Source: Kangiellaceae bacterium | Lineage (GTDB): Bacteria; Pseudomonadota; Gammaproteobacteria; Enterobacterales; Kangiellaceae | Assembly (NCBI GenBank): GCA_030148365.1 | Contig: JASBTO010000007.1 | Span: 1 to 31,912 of the forward strand | Direction of reading: 5' to 3' | Length of the DNA stretch: 31,912 nucleotides | In this document: positions 18,372-27,179 of the stretch, one piece after another | How positions within the stretch are numbered: the stretch's first letter is position 1 | How the letters are laid out: every line of letters starts with the position of its first letter | Notes under the pieces: generated by a model | The model's database searches: none | What the model was told of the DNA's origin: nothing | Seen by the model: the letters and a program-made list of their open reading frames with translations, nothing else | Position numbers and translations under genes: made by a program

Positions 18372-18973
18372 ACAGACCTCTGTTTATACAAAAATTCAAC
18401 AACCACGGGCAAGCCCCTCACGATGCAAATAAATACGCAGAAACCGGCAAGCAGCAATGCTGTTATTTCCAGCAGATAGCCATAGTCGGGCCACAGGTCC
18501 GGCAGTAATTCGGGTAACGGCAGAAGCAGCATCAGCAAACAGAATGTGACCGCTTTGAGAACGGCATAAAAACCGCGCATGAAACGGCCGGCCACCAGCG
18601 CCTTGCCGAGTTTCGATTGCATGATGGCGAACGGTGACTGTCGGTGTCCCTGGGCCTCGCTGGCGCGAATTGAGTCGGTCAGTATGCCGCGTGCAATATA
18701 GACGAGTGGGATCCAGACCGGCAGCGAGCCTATGTGAGCGAAGACCACCCAGAGACAGAGCTCGACAATGCGATCGGCGGCCACGTCAAACAGGGCGCCA
18801 AACAGGCTCGCCTCGTTGCGCTTGCGCGCTACGTACCCGTCAAGACCGTCGGACACGAAGACCATGATCATGACCAGCACACCGAATAACTGCATGAGGG
18901 CGGAGCCGAAATAGATAATAACGATGACAACCAACAACAACAGCAGGCGGCTGAGCGTGATCAGATTGGCCAT
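18368..18973 (-). CDS. CDP-alcohol phosphatidyltransferase family protein
   Basis: ANLITLSR start; signature DGLDGYVARKRNEASLFGALFDVAAD; several TM helices. ATG 18973 follows GGGAGAG. Confidence 0.88.
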   Translation of the reverse strand: MANLITLSRLLLLLVVIVIIYFGSALMQLFGVLVMIMVFVSDGLDGYVARKRNEASLFGALFDVAADRIVELCLWVVFAHIGSLPVWIPLVYIARGILTDSIRASEAQGHRQSPFAIMQSKLGKALVAGRFMRGFYAVLKAVTFCLLMLLLPLPELLPDLWPDYGYLLEITALLLAGFCVFICIVRGLPVVVEFLYKQRSV

Positions 18974-19229
18974 GTATGCGAACTCTCCCCATCTTCCAAT
19001 TACAGGTTCAACCGGCAACTGTGGTCGTTGTCAACGTGGCCGCCTTTGGCGGTGGCATCCAACCCCTGATGCCAATTTCGCGGAACCGGATTCTGTGGGA
19101 GATCCGGGTGCGGTTTACCACGTTATTTGAATCCAGACTAACCAGCCTTTCGGCTCTGCGCAAGGGGGACAGACCTGACGGGGGATATCGTGGTCTACCG
19201 GAAATCGACAAAGCGCGTTGTCGTCACCG

Positions 19230-19258
19230 TTTGCTGATCTGCCAAACTCCGGTACAAT
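19230..19258 (+). promoter_or_regulatory. Possible sigma70 promoter of the phospholipase A gene
   Basis: TTGCTG, 16 bp, TACAAT (19253-19258). Confidence 0.4.
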
Positions 19259-19363
19259 CGCTGCAATTTTCCCTGCTCCCGCCCGGGCCCGGCCCGAAAC
19301 AACCGGCTTTTTTTCCGGGTCAAAGCCGGGAGTCCAATTTCCGATCCAGGCTCAGGAACTGAT

Positions 19364-20473
19364 TTGATGCCCCAATTCCCTTTTGTCATTCGTAGTGTCT
19401 TGCCAATCACGCTGCTTTCCCTGTGTGGGGATCTCGGGGCGGCAGAGGAGCAGGCATTGCAGCCGGACCCGGCGCTGCAGCAATGCCTGGTCGAGTCTCT
19501 GGCCACAGCCGGGGACGAAGTCACGATCGGGCAGTTGAAACTCAATTGCGCCAAACGCCTGGCCACTCCGCAGATGACTGCTGACCACCAGACATCCGAC
19601 ACTGCCAGGCAGGCCGAGACGGTCGAATTGCAGGAGCGGCCTGAAGCGACTCCCGAGAGCCAGGTCGACAAGCGGATTGCTCTGGAGCAGGCCACCGTCG
19701 GTAATCCGTTCGCCCTGACTCCCCATAAACAGAACTACGTGCTGCCCGTTACCTATAACCATAATGTCAACGAAAAACCATTCCAGGATACCGATGAACG
19801 GGGTGAACTGGATGAGACCGAGCTGAAATTCCAGATCAGTTTCAAGGTGCCGGTCTGGGAGGGGATCTTTGGTGAAGGCAGCAGCCTGTACGCGGCCTAC
19901 ACGGCCAAGTCCTGGTGGCAAGCCTACAACCGTGGCCGCTCCAGCCCGTTCCGGGAAACCAATCATGAGCCGGAACTGTTTGCCGGATTTGCGACGGACT
20001 GGCGCCTGGGCGACTGGACCATTCCGGCGGTCACTGCCGGCGTCGTGCATCAATCCAATGGCCGGGGCAGTGAGCAGTCGCGGAGCTGGAACCGAATCTA
20101 TGCGAACCTGATCCTGGAGAAAGACAACTGGGTCGTCAGTTTCAAGCCCTGGTACCGGATCCCGGAAGATGAAAAGGATGATCCCTCAGATCCCGACGGC
20201 GACGATAATCCCGATATTGAAAGGTATATGGGCCATTTCGAATTGACGGCTCACTACTCCTGGGGGAAAAGCCGGATCGGTGCCATGGTGCGCAATAATC
20301 TGCGCTCCGATAATAAGGGCGCCGTGCAGTTGGACTGGAGTTTTCCGATTGGCAAGGAAGAAAAACTGCACGCCTACATACAGTATTTCAACGGCTATGG
20401 CGAAAGCCTTATCGACTATAATGCGTCGGTCAGCCGGATCGGCGTAGGATTCATTTTCACCGACTGGTTGTAG
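19364..20473 (+). CDS. pldA: Outer-membrane phospholipase A (OMPLA) with N-terminal extension
   Basis: ELKFQISFK, SPFRETNHEPE, catalytic HQSNG, SRSWNRIY, YFNGYGESLIDYN, terminal beta-strand. The exact start is uncertain by a few codons. Confidence 0.92.
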   Translation: MMPQFPFVIRSVLPITLLSLCGDLGAAEEQALQPDPALQQCLVESLATAGDEVTIGQLKLNCAKRLATPQMTADHQTSDTARQAETVELQERPEATPESQVDKRIALEQATVGNPFALTPHKQNYVLPVTYNHNVNEKPFQDTDERGELDETELKFQISFKVPVWEGIFGEGSSLYAAYTAKSWWQAYNRGRSSPFRETNHEPELFAGFATDWRLGDWTIPAVTAGVVHQSNGRGSEQSRSWNRIYANLILEKDNWVVSFKPWYRIPEDEKDDPSDPDGDDNPDIERYMGHFELTAHYSWGKSRIGAMVRNNLRSDNKGAVQLDWSFPIGKEEKLHAYIQYFNGYGESLIDYNASVSRIGVGFIFTDWL

Positions 20474-21296
20474 TCAGTCTTTGGGGTTGGACGAGTTCTG
20501 GAAGTAGCGTCCATTCAAAGCCGTCTGTAACTCACTGAGAGGGATACTGACGATTTGTGCCCCTTCAGACCAGGGCGCAACCTGGTAGGGCTGGAATTCG
20601 ATGTTGAGGTGGCGCTTGCTGACGGTGAAGTTGCGATAATTTTCCGGGTCTGCTTCGGCGCCTTCGGGGAAACCAGGCATCGCCGAGGCGTTCGGCCAGC
20701 GTGCGTTTGACCCGGGTGGCCAGGTGGTTGAGGTGATCGCCATTGCCGAAAGCATTTTCAGCAAACAAATCATCCAGCAGTATCCGCTCGCCCGACTCAT
20801 CAAACGTGAAAGTCTGAATCCGGTAGTTGCCATGGGCGCCGCCGGTATAATCTTCCGCTATCAGGCGGTAGCCTGTCAGTTTTGGTGCCTTGATCAATTC
20901 GTGTCGGATCGCCAGCCGGTAACGCCGATCCGTCGGTTTTCCATCTTCAATGAAGCCCAGGGTTTTCTGTTCCGCTTCGGTCAGAAGTGCAGGATCCGCT
21001 TGGCGAAATGCACAAATCCACGTGAGCGTCTGTGTTTTGATGGCCTCGAAGTTTTCGGCGTTTTGCGGACGGGGAATATTCGCGCGGATGTCCAGAAAAC
21101 CTCGGGTGTCAGTGAGCGAAGCTGAACGGCCGTTACTTGATACTTCGAGTGCCTCTCCATAATAGCTGCTGCATTGCTCGTGAGAATCCGCCAAAGATGC
21201 AGGTTCAGAAATCGCCTCGACAGAAGTCGTTTCCGGGCCGTCATTGCAGGCGAGGAGCAGGCAGGACGGGAGTAGCCAGCAGAGATTTTTATACAT
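20474..21296 (-). pseudogene. DUF3298/DUF4163 (RsiV/PdaC-like) lipoprotein split by a single-base frameshift
   Basis: Lipobox LLAC and DYTGGAHGNY…TFTFD lie in ORF 21296-20565. The family C-terminus (EGAEADPENYRNF…FQPYQVAPWSEG…IPLSEL) lies in ORF 20833-20474. The frames switch at the G4 run 20666-20669; removing one base gives a 273-aa protein. Confidence 0.8.
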
Positions 21297-21379
21297 GGCG
21301 TGGGGCGATGTACCGGGTGAGAAAGAGGGGAAGGATGCGGCAATGGCGTTGCCGCATCCGGTGCCGGTTCAGTGGCAGA

Positions 21380-21832
21380 TCAGTTGACGATGAACTTGCC
21401 TTTCATGAGCGCGTAGTGTCCGGGAAAGCTGCAGAAAAAAGTGTAGTCGCCGCCTTTTTCCAGTTTTGAGACATCAATAGTAATGCTGGTGGACTCGCCG
21501 CCGCCAATGATATCGGTCGCGGCTATCACCCGGTCATCTCCGGGCTTGAGATATTCGTTGTCGAGTCCCGCTTGCATGCCATCCTGAGCAATAGCCTGCA
21601 TGTTGTCGGTGGTGGACAATACCCAGTTATGGCCCATGACATTGGCGGCCAGCTTTCCGGAGTGAGTCAGGGTCAACTTGACTTCCTTGCAGTCTGCCGC
21701 GACGGTCATTTCCTTCTTGTCGAAGGTCATCTGGTCAGTACTGTCGATACTCATCTCGCAGGTTTTGGCGGCCACCTGGCTGCCGAGTCCGAGTGCGAAC
21801 AGGGTGGCGAGTATTTTGATACCGGTTTTCAT
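21380..21832 (-). CDS. azu: Azurin (type 1 blue copper protein)
   Basis: Signal peptide, N-terminal Cys pair (KTCE…ADCKE), MGHNWV, copper loop [12 protein letters not shown]. Confidence 0.95.
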   Translation of the reverse strand: MKTGIKILATLFALGLGSQVAAKTCEMSIDSTDQMTFDKKEMTVAADCKEVKLTLTHSGKLAANVMGHNWVLSTTDNMQAIAQDGMQAGLDNEYLKPGDDRVIAATDIIGGGESTSITIDVSKLEKGGDYTFFCSFPGHYALMKGKFIVN

Positions 21833-21934
21833 TGCTACACCTCTTTAAGGTTACTGCTTGGGTTAATGCTACAAGCCGGGCGAACACCGGCTACGGGAAA
21901 CTGACAAGCAGCCTGGCGCCCGGTTCATCCTGTT

Positions 21935-23350
21935 TCAGGATGCAGGCCGATTATAGTGGTCGACGATGACCTGCGCCACACAAGTGGTCAACTTTTTGGC
22001 GAAAGGGATATGCAGGAACTCGTTGGGACCGTGGGCGTTGGAGTGAGGGCCGAGAACGCCGGTAATCATGAACTGGGCTTCCGGAAACTTTTCCCCCAGC
22101 ATCCCCATAAAGGGAATGGTGCCACCTTCGCCCATATGCATGGAAGATGCCGAGAAAACGGCTTGCGAAGCGTTCTCGATGGATTGTTCCAGCCAGGGCG
22201 CGATGTCAGGTGCGTTCCAGCCGTCAGAGGCCTGATCAGGAATGAACTTTACCCGGGCACTGTAGGGCGGATCGGCTTCGAGCAGTTCCCTGACCACTTC
22301 TGTAGCCTGCTCGCTGTCCATGGTCGGGGGCAGTCGAAGAGACAGTTTGAGCGCGGTCTTGGGGCGCAGCACATTACCGGCATCGGCAATGGCGGGAATG
22401 CCGTCGATGCCCGTATAGGACAAGGCCGGACGCCAGTTGCGGTTTAGCAAGCGCTCAAAGGCGTTTTCTCCCATGGGTTTGACACCCTCGGCAAAGGGGT
22501 AGGCTTCGTGGACCTCGGTGGAGAGCAGGGCGGCAACTTTCAGGGTCTGCTCCATGCGCTGCTGGGGAATTTCGCGGTACAGGGCGCCTGGCAGGACCCG
22601 GCCACTTTTTTCATCTTCCAGGCGATTGAGCAACTCCCGGATCACCCGAAAGCTCGACGGTACCACGCCGCTGGCGTAGCCCGAGTGGACGCCTTCTTCG
22701 AGGATTTGCACCTCAAGGGTGCCGCTGGTCATGCCGCGCAGGGACATGGTTGTCCACAATTGGTCGTAGTTGCCGGCGCCACTGTCGAGGCAGATGACCA
22801 GGCTCGGTGTGCCGATACGGTCCCTGAGCGCATCGATGTAGGGTGGCAAGTCATAGCTGCCGGATTCTTCACAGGCTTCGATGATAACCACGCAACGGGC
22901 GTGGGGAAGCTTTTGCTCCCTGACAGCCATGATGGCCGTGAGCGAGGCATAGGCTGCGTAGCCGTCATCAGCGCCACCGCGACCATAAAGCTTGTCGTTC
23001 TTGATGACGGGTTTCCAGGGGCCGAGATCGTCATCCCAGCCGGTCATCTCAGGCTGTTTGTCAAGATGCCCGTAGAGCAGGATGGTGTCATCACTGTCGC
23101 CGGGGATCTCCATGAAGATGAGAGGTGTTCGGCCTGGCTGCCGGATGACTTCCAGGGTCATGCCGGCTATGTCACGGGCTTCGCACCAGGCCGAGATTTG
23201 CTTGACCGCATCGTCCATGTAGCCATGCTTTTCCCAATCCGGATCGAAGTGCGGAGACTTGTTGGGGATTTTGATGTATTCGACAAGTTCGGGAATGATG
23301 CTGTCATCCCACATCTGATCGATCATGTTCTGCGCTTTTTCAAGATCCAT
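21935..23350 (-). CDS. M20/M25/M40 family metallopeptidase
   Basis: YGHLDKQP, YGRGGADD, EACEES, dimerisation domain (SLRG…GVHSG), AHGPNE. ATG 23350 preferred. Confidence 0.9.
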   Translation of the reverse strand: MDLEKAQNMIDQMWDDSIIPELVEYIKIPNKSPHFDPDWEKHGYMDDAVKQISAWCEARDIAGMTLEVIRQPGRTPLIFMEIPGDSDDTILLYGHLDKQPEMTGWDDDLGPWKPVIKNDKLYGRGGADDGYAAYASLTAIMAVREQKLPHARCVVIIEACEESGSYDLPPYIDALRDRIGTPSLVICLDSGAGNYDQLWTTMSLRGMTSGTLEVQILEEGVHSGYASGVVPSSFRVIRELLNRLEDEKSGRVLPGALYREIPQQRMEQTLKVAALLSTEVHEAYPFAEGVKPMGENAFERLLNRNWRPALSYTGIDGIPAIADAGNVLRPKTALKLSLRLPPTMDSEQATEVVRELLEADPPYSARVKFIPDQASDGWNAPDIAPWLEQSIENASQAVFSASSMHMGEGGTIPFMGMLGEKFPEAQFMITGVLGPHSNAHGPNEFLHIPFAKKLTTCVAQVIVDHYNRPAS

Positions 23351-23511
23351 AAACTGTCCCGCTGCAATTCCATTGATGAGTAACAAGATAGATTATTATG
23401 GAAAAAATTGCAGCAGGTCCGCACTGTGTCGCTCTCCGCAGGTGTCCGGCCGACCGGTTTTGACCCCGGCCACACCTTTCTGCACAATGATTGTTTTCCA
23501 GGGAGGTACTG

Positions 23512-24408
23512 ATGAACAAACTCACCGTGTTTTTGTTGTTATGGACTTTGGGCGGCGTTGCCTTGGCAGCCCGGGATTTCAATGATGTGGAAATAACCGT
23601 CGAGGATTTGGGCGGCGGGATTTATATGCTCAAGGGCGCCGGTGGAAACATCGGTGTGTCGAGCGGGGACGACGGACTCTACATCATCGATGACCAGTTT
23701 GCGCCCCTGACCGACAAGATAAAAGAGGCTCTCGCCGGCATCTCCAAACAGCAGGTGCGTTTTGTGATCAATACTCATTGGCATGGGGATCATACCGGGG
23801 GTAACGAGAATTTCGGTAAAGCCGGCGCGCTGATCCTGGCCCATGATAATGTGTACAAGCGCTTGTCCACCGACCAGGACCGCGGCGAAGGCAGGGTCAC
23901 CGAAGCGGCACCCGATGCGGCGTTACCTGCAGTGACTTTCAATGAGCAAATCAGCTTGCGTCTGAACGGTGATGACATGCGTATCTATCACGTCGCCAGG
24001 GCGCACACCGATGGCGATGCCATTGTCCATTTCAATACCGACAATGTGTTGCACATGGGCGATACCTTTTTCAATGGTGGCTATCCGTATATTGACCGGA
24101 ACAGCGGCGGCACTATCGACGGCTATATTGCGGCCCTCGATCGCGGCTTGTCCCTCGCCGACGACAACACCCGGATTATTCCTGGCCATGGTGACCTGAG
24201 TCACAAGGCGCAGATGTCCGCCTATCGCGACATGCTGAAAAAGATCCGCGATCGGATTGCCGGTCTCAAGCAGGCGGGCAAGTCCCTGGAAGAAGTCACC
24301 AAGGCGACGCCTACCCAAGAGTTCGATGCGGAATTCGGACAGGGCTGGATCGGCCCCGAGCGGATCGTGGAGGCAATCTATGGATCCTTGCCGACGGGTT
24401 CTGGGTAA
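23512..24408 (+). CDS. Secreted MBL-fold metallo-hydrolase (cyclase-like)
   Basis: Signal peptide, NTHWHGDHTGGN, AHTDGD, HMGD, IPGHG. ATG 23512 follows GGAGG. Confidence 0.88.
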   Translation: MNKLTVFLLLWTLGGVALAARDFNDVEITVEDLGGGIYMLKGAGGNIGVSSGDDGLYIIDDQFAPLTDKIKEALAGISKQQVRFVINTHWHGDHTGGNENFGKAGALILAHDNVYKRLSTDQDRGEGRVTEAAPDAALPAVTFNEQISLRLNGDDMRIYHVARAHTDGDAIVHFNTDNVLHMGDTFFNGGYPYIDRNSGGTIDGYIAALDRGLSLADDNTRIIPGHGDLSHKAQMSAYRDMLKKIRDRIAGLKQAGKSLEEVTKATPTQEFDAEFGQGWIGPERIVEAIYGSLPTGSG

Positions 24409-24625
24409 GCTGGGCGCGACGTCGGCAGGACACAGGTCAGGCGCCGGGCTTCGGCTGGGGCCCGTAAGTGTCAGTGGGCAGTTGGCATGAGCGCACCAGT
24501 TGGCGCCGGTTGAAGTGCTGTCGGGCACGGTCAGAGGCCAAGTTGTCAGCAGTCTTTGATCCGCAATGACGATGGGTGTAGAGTTTAAAGCTGGTCTTGT
24601 GCCACTCAGCGACAGGAGCGCATAT

Positions 24626-24871
24626 ATGCCCATTTCCGATCACGACGTATTTACCGAATTCCCCGATCACAAAGACGAAATCCAGCAACTCCTAACCCAA
24701 GACGAAGAATTTGCCAGCCTGGTCAAAGAATACCATTCCATAGATCGCACGGTGCACCGCCTCGAATATGCCAATATCCCCACCTCGGACGAAAGGTTTG
24801 AGGACCTCAAGAAGTCCCGACTGCTGCTCAAGGACCAGCTCTATGCACGCCTGAATGGCAGCAGTGAGTGA
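24626..24871 (+). CDS. YdcH/DUF465 family small helical protein
   Basis: HDVFTEFPDHKDEIQQL…FASLVKEYH…LKKSRLLLKDQLY. ATG 24626 follows AGGAG. Confidence 0.85.
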   Translation: MPISDHDVFTEFPDHKDEIQQLLTQDEEFASLVKEYHSIDRTVHRLEYANIPTSDERFEDLKKSRLLLKDQLYARLNGSSE

Positions 24872-24914
24872 TTTGCCAGCGCCGGGAATCCTGAACCGCT
24901 TGAACTGCCAGCCA

Positions 24915-25346
24915 GTGCTTCAGAAGCGCCTTGCTGCGTTTGCTCTGTTGTTTCTGACACTTGCCGCCTGTCAGCCGGAAACGGGGCTGGAAATTCGCGA
25001 TCCCTGGTTGCGAGCCAGCGCGCCCGGCCAGACTTCGGGTGCGGGTTACCTGACGCTGACCAATCACGAGCAGAGAGCGCGAACGTTAATCGCCGTCCAG
25101 ACGCCGATGGCCGGCAGTGTCATGTTTCACGAGAGCCGCGAGTCGGAGGGCGTTGCCCGCATGTCTCATCTGCCCGTCATCGAGATCGGCGCCGGCAAGA
25201 CGGTGCAGCTGGCGCCCGGCGGCAAACACCTCATGCTGATGTCCCTGGCCGGGCCCCTGGTCGCGGGCGAGCGCTATTCGATGACCCTGATATTCAAGGA
25301 CGGCGAACGGGAAACCCTTGAATTTGAAGCCAGGAAACCGCACTAA
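24915..25346 (+). CDS. PCu(A)C copper chaperone (DUF461), lipoprotein
   Basis: Exact H-X10-M-X21-H-X-M motif (HESRESEGVARM…GGKHLM), DPWLRA…GAGYLTL, lipobox LAAC. Start GTG 24915 is inferred. Confidence 0.9.
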   Translation: MLQKRLAAFALLFLTLAACQPETGLEIRDPWLRASAPGQTSGAGYLTLTNHEQRARTLIAVQTPMAGSVMFHESRESEGVARMSHLPVIEIGAGKTVQLAPGGKHLMLMSLAGPLVAGERYSMTLIFKDGERETLEFEARKPH

Positions 25347-25379
25347 TAGGGCTTGAATTCTCAGTTCCCGGAAACATCT

Positions 25380-26390
25380 ATGGAAAACCCTTCAGCCACG
25401 CCCAGGTCGAAACGTTCGCTAATATTGCTGATTGCAGGCGCCATGGCGCTGCTCCTGCTGCTTCTCTACCTGTTGGCCGTACTCTGGAGTTCCGAGCCTG
25501 AGAATATCGATATCGGCGCGATAGAAGCGGACGCCAATCAGGGGGGGCGGATGGTCACCGGTTATACGACGGTGGAGACGGTGGCGCGGGTGGCTGACAC
25601 CCTGCTCGAAAAACGTGGCGGCTTCCTCAGCAATGACATCATGCCGCCCGGGGTATGGATGGATAATATGCCGGCCTGGGAGTATGGCGTGCTGGTCCAG
25701 GTCCGGGACATGGCCAAATCCCTGCGTAACGACATGAGTCGCTCCCAGTCCCAGTCGCTCGAAGACACGGATCTCAAGGAAGCCGAGCCACTGTTCAATA
25801 TTGACCGGCGCAGCTGGTTTCTGCCCGAGGCCGAGGATGAATACCGGAAGGGCATCGCCCGCTTGCGCAGCTATCGCGATCGACTGGGCGCCGGCAAGTC
25901 AGAGCGTACCCGGTTTTACGCGCGGGCCGACAATCTGCGCGACTGGCTGGCGGTCGTGGACAAGCGGCTCGGTAGCCTCTCGCAACGGCTGTCGGCAAGT
26001 GTCGCCGATGAAGAGGCCGATCTGATCCAGACCCGTACCGATAATGAAGGGATAGGAACCGAGCAAAAGCGGCTGTCAAAAGTCAGAACGCCGTGGCTGG
26101 AAATTGACGACGTTTTCTGGGAAGCGAGAGGTACGGCCTGGGCCTTGATCCAGCTGCTGAAAGCTGTGCAAAACGATTTCGGTCCGGTTCTGGAAGACAA
26201 GAACGCCCTGGTCAGTTTGCGGCAGATTATCCGGGAACTGGAAGCGACCCAGGAATTTGTCTGGAGCCCCATGGTGCTTAACGGCAGCGGTTTTGGAGTG
26301 ATGGCCAACCACTCACTGGTCATGGGCTCTTATATCTCTCGCGCCAATGCCGGTCTTATCGATCTCCGGGACCTGCTCAAGCAAGGCTGA
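25380..26390 (+). CDS. DUF2333 family membrane-anchored protein
   Basis: N-terminal TM, KRGGFLSND…DNMPAWEYGVLVQVRD, FYARADNL, PWLEIDDVFWEARG, ANHSLVMGSYISRAN. Confidence 0.88.
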   Translation: MENPSATPRSKRSLILLIAGAMALLLLLLYLLAVLWSSEPENIDIGAIEADANQGGRMVTGYTTVETVARVADTLLEKRGGFLSNDIMPPGVWMDNMPAWEYGVLVQVRDMAKSLRNDMSRSQSQSLEDTDLKEAEPLFNIDRRSWFLPEAEDEYRKGIARLRSYRDRLGAGKSERTRFYARADNLRDWLAVVDKRLGSLSQRLSASVADEEADLIQTRTDNEGIGTEQKRLSKVRTPWLEIDDVFWEARGTAWALIQLLKAVQNDFGPVLEDKNALVSLRQIIRELEATQEFVWSPMVLNGSGFGVMANHSLVMGSYISRANAGLIDLRDLLKQG

Positions 26391-26412
26391 TTGAGCAGGG
26401 GCATTGCTGCAA

Positions 26413-26443
26413 CCGGGGCACCAGAAGCTGCCCCGGCCTTTCT
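26413..26443 (+). terminator. Hairpin or weak terminator after the DUF2333 gene
   Basis: CCGGGGCA / TGCCCCGG 8-bp stem with a short pyrimidine tail (CCTTTCT). Confidence 0.5.
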
Positions 26444-26483
26444 ATAGCTGCTAGCTATCACATAAATAAAAACAATAAAATAT
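26444..26483 (+). promoter_or_regulatory. OxyR-like operator upstream of ahpC
   Basis: ATAG-N7-CTAT (26444-26458), then N7-ATAA (26466-26469) and an AT-rich tract. Matches three of four OxyR tetranucleotide elements; the fourth is degenerate. Confidence 0.6.
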
Positions 26484-26550
26484 ACTAATCCTCAATCACT
26501 CTCCACAATGGCTCCTGTAACCCATTCATACACTTACAGGAGATTCATCT

Positions 26551-27105
26551 ATGTTAGGTATCGGCGACAAGCTTCCCGAATTCGAATTGTTGGCGGTAGA
26601 CCAGGACTCTGTCCGTGCCTCCTCGCCGGAGAATGCGTTCCGGACCATCCGGGATACGGACTTTTCCGGAAAGTGGAAAGTTCTGTTTTTCTGGCCCAAG
26701 GATTTCACCTTCGTGTGCCCGACGGAAATCATGGCTTTCGGTGATCTGGAAGAGGAATTCCGGGATCGGGACACGCAGCTGCTGGGGGCCTCGATAGACA
26801 GCGAGTTCGTGCACCTGGCGTGGCGCAATGACCACGAGGGTCTCAAGGAGAGTCCTTTCCCCTGGCTTTCCGACATCCGCCGGGAACTGTCCGAGGCGCT
26901 CGGTGTGCTCGACCGCAAGGAAGGCGTCAGTCTGCGGGCTACCTATATTGTCGACCCTGACAATATCATTCGCTTCGTGTCGGTCAACGATCTGAGTGTC
27001 GGCCGTAACCCGGAAGAAGTGCTTCGGGTGCTGGACGCCCTGCAGACCGACGAACTCTGTCCCTGTAACTGGAAGCAGGGCGAAGCCACCCTGCAAGCCG
27101 CCTGA
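26551..27105 (+). CDS. ahpC: Alkyl hydroperoxide reductase C (2-Cys peroxiredoxin, mycobacterial-type)
   Basis: FFWPKDFTFVCPTEI (peroxidatic Cys), VGRNPEEVLR, DELCPCNW. Confidence 0.93.
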   Translation: MLGIGDKLPEFELLAVDQDSVRASSPENAFRTIRDTDFSGKWKVLFFWPKDFTFVCPTEIMAFGDLEEEFRDRDTQLLGASIDSEFVHLAWRNDHEGLKESPFPWLSDIRRELSEALGVLDRKEGVSLRATYIVDPDNIIRFVSVNDLSVGRNPEEVLRVLDALQTDELCPCNWKQGEATLQAA

Positions 27106-27121
27106 CAACTGGTTGCCTGTG

Positions 27122-27144
27122 GAGCGGGTGTCCCGCACCCGCTC
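27122..27144 (+). other. Intercistronic hairpin between ahpC and ahpD
   Basis: Perfect 9-bp stem GAGCGGGTG-TCCCG-CACCCGCTC with no strong U tract. Confidence 0.7.
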
Positions 27145-27179
27145 TGCCTCTTCAAGACACTGAATCTGGAGTCAACGAC

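Noticed and set aside
18976-19362. 128-aa ORF filling the intergenic region before pldA
   Set aside because: No RBS, no recognisable domain, and it spans the likely pldA promoter.
21833-21934. FNR/Anr box upstream of azurin
   Set aside because: No TTGAT-N4-ATCAA match was seen in this interval.
24409-24625. 217-bp GC-rich spacer as a possible sRNA or FNR site (TTGAT-CCGC-AATGA)
   Set aside because: Only short, unconvincing stems; the second half-site is poor.
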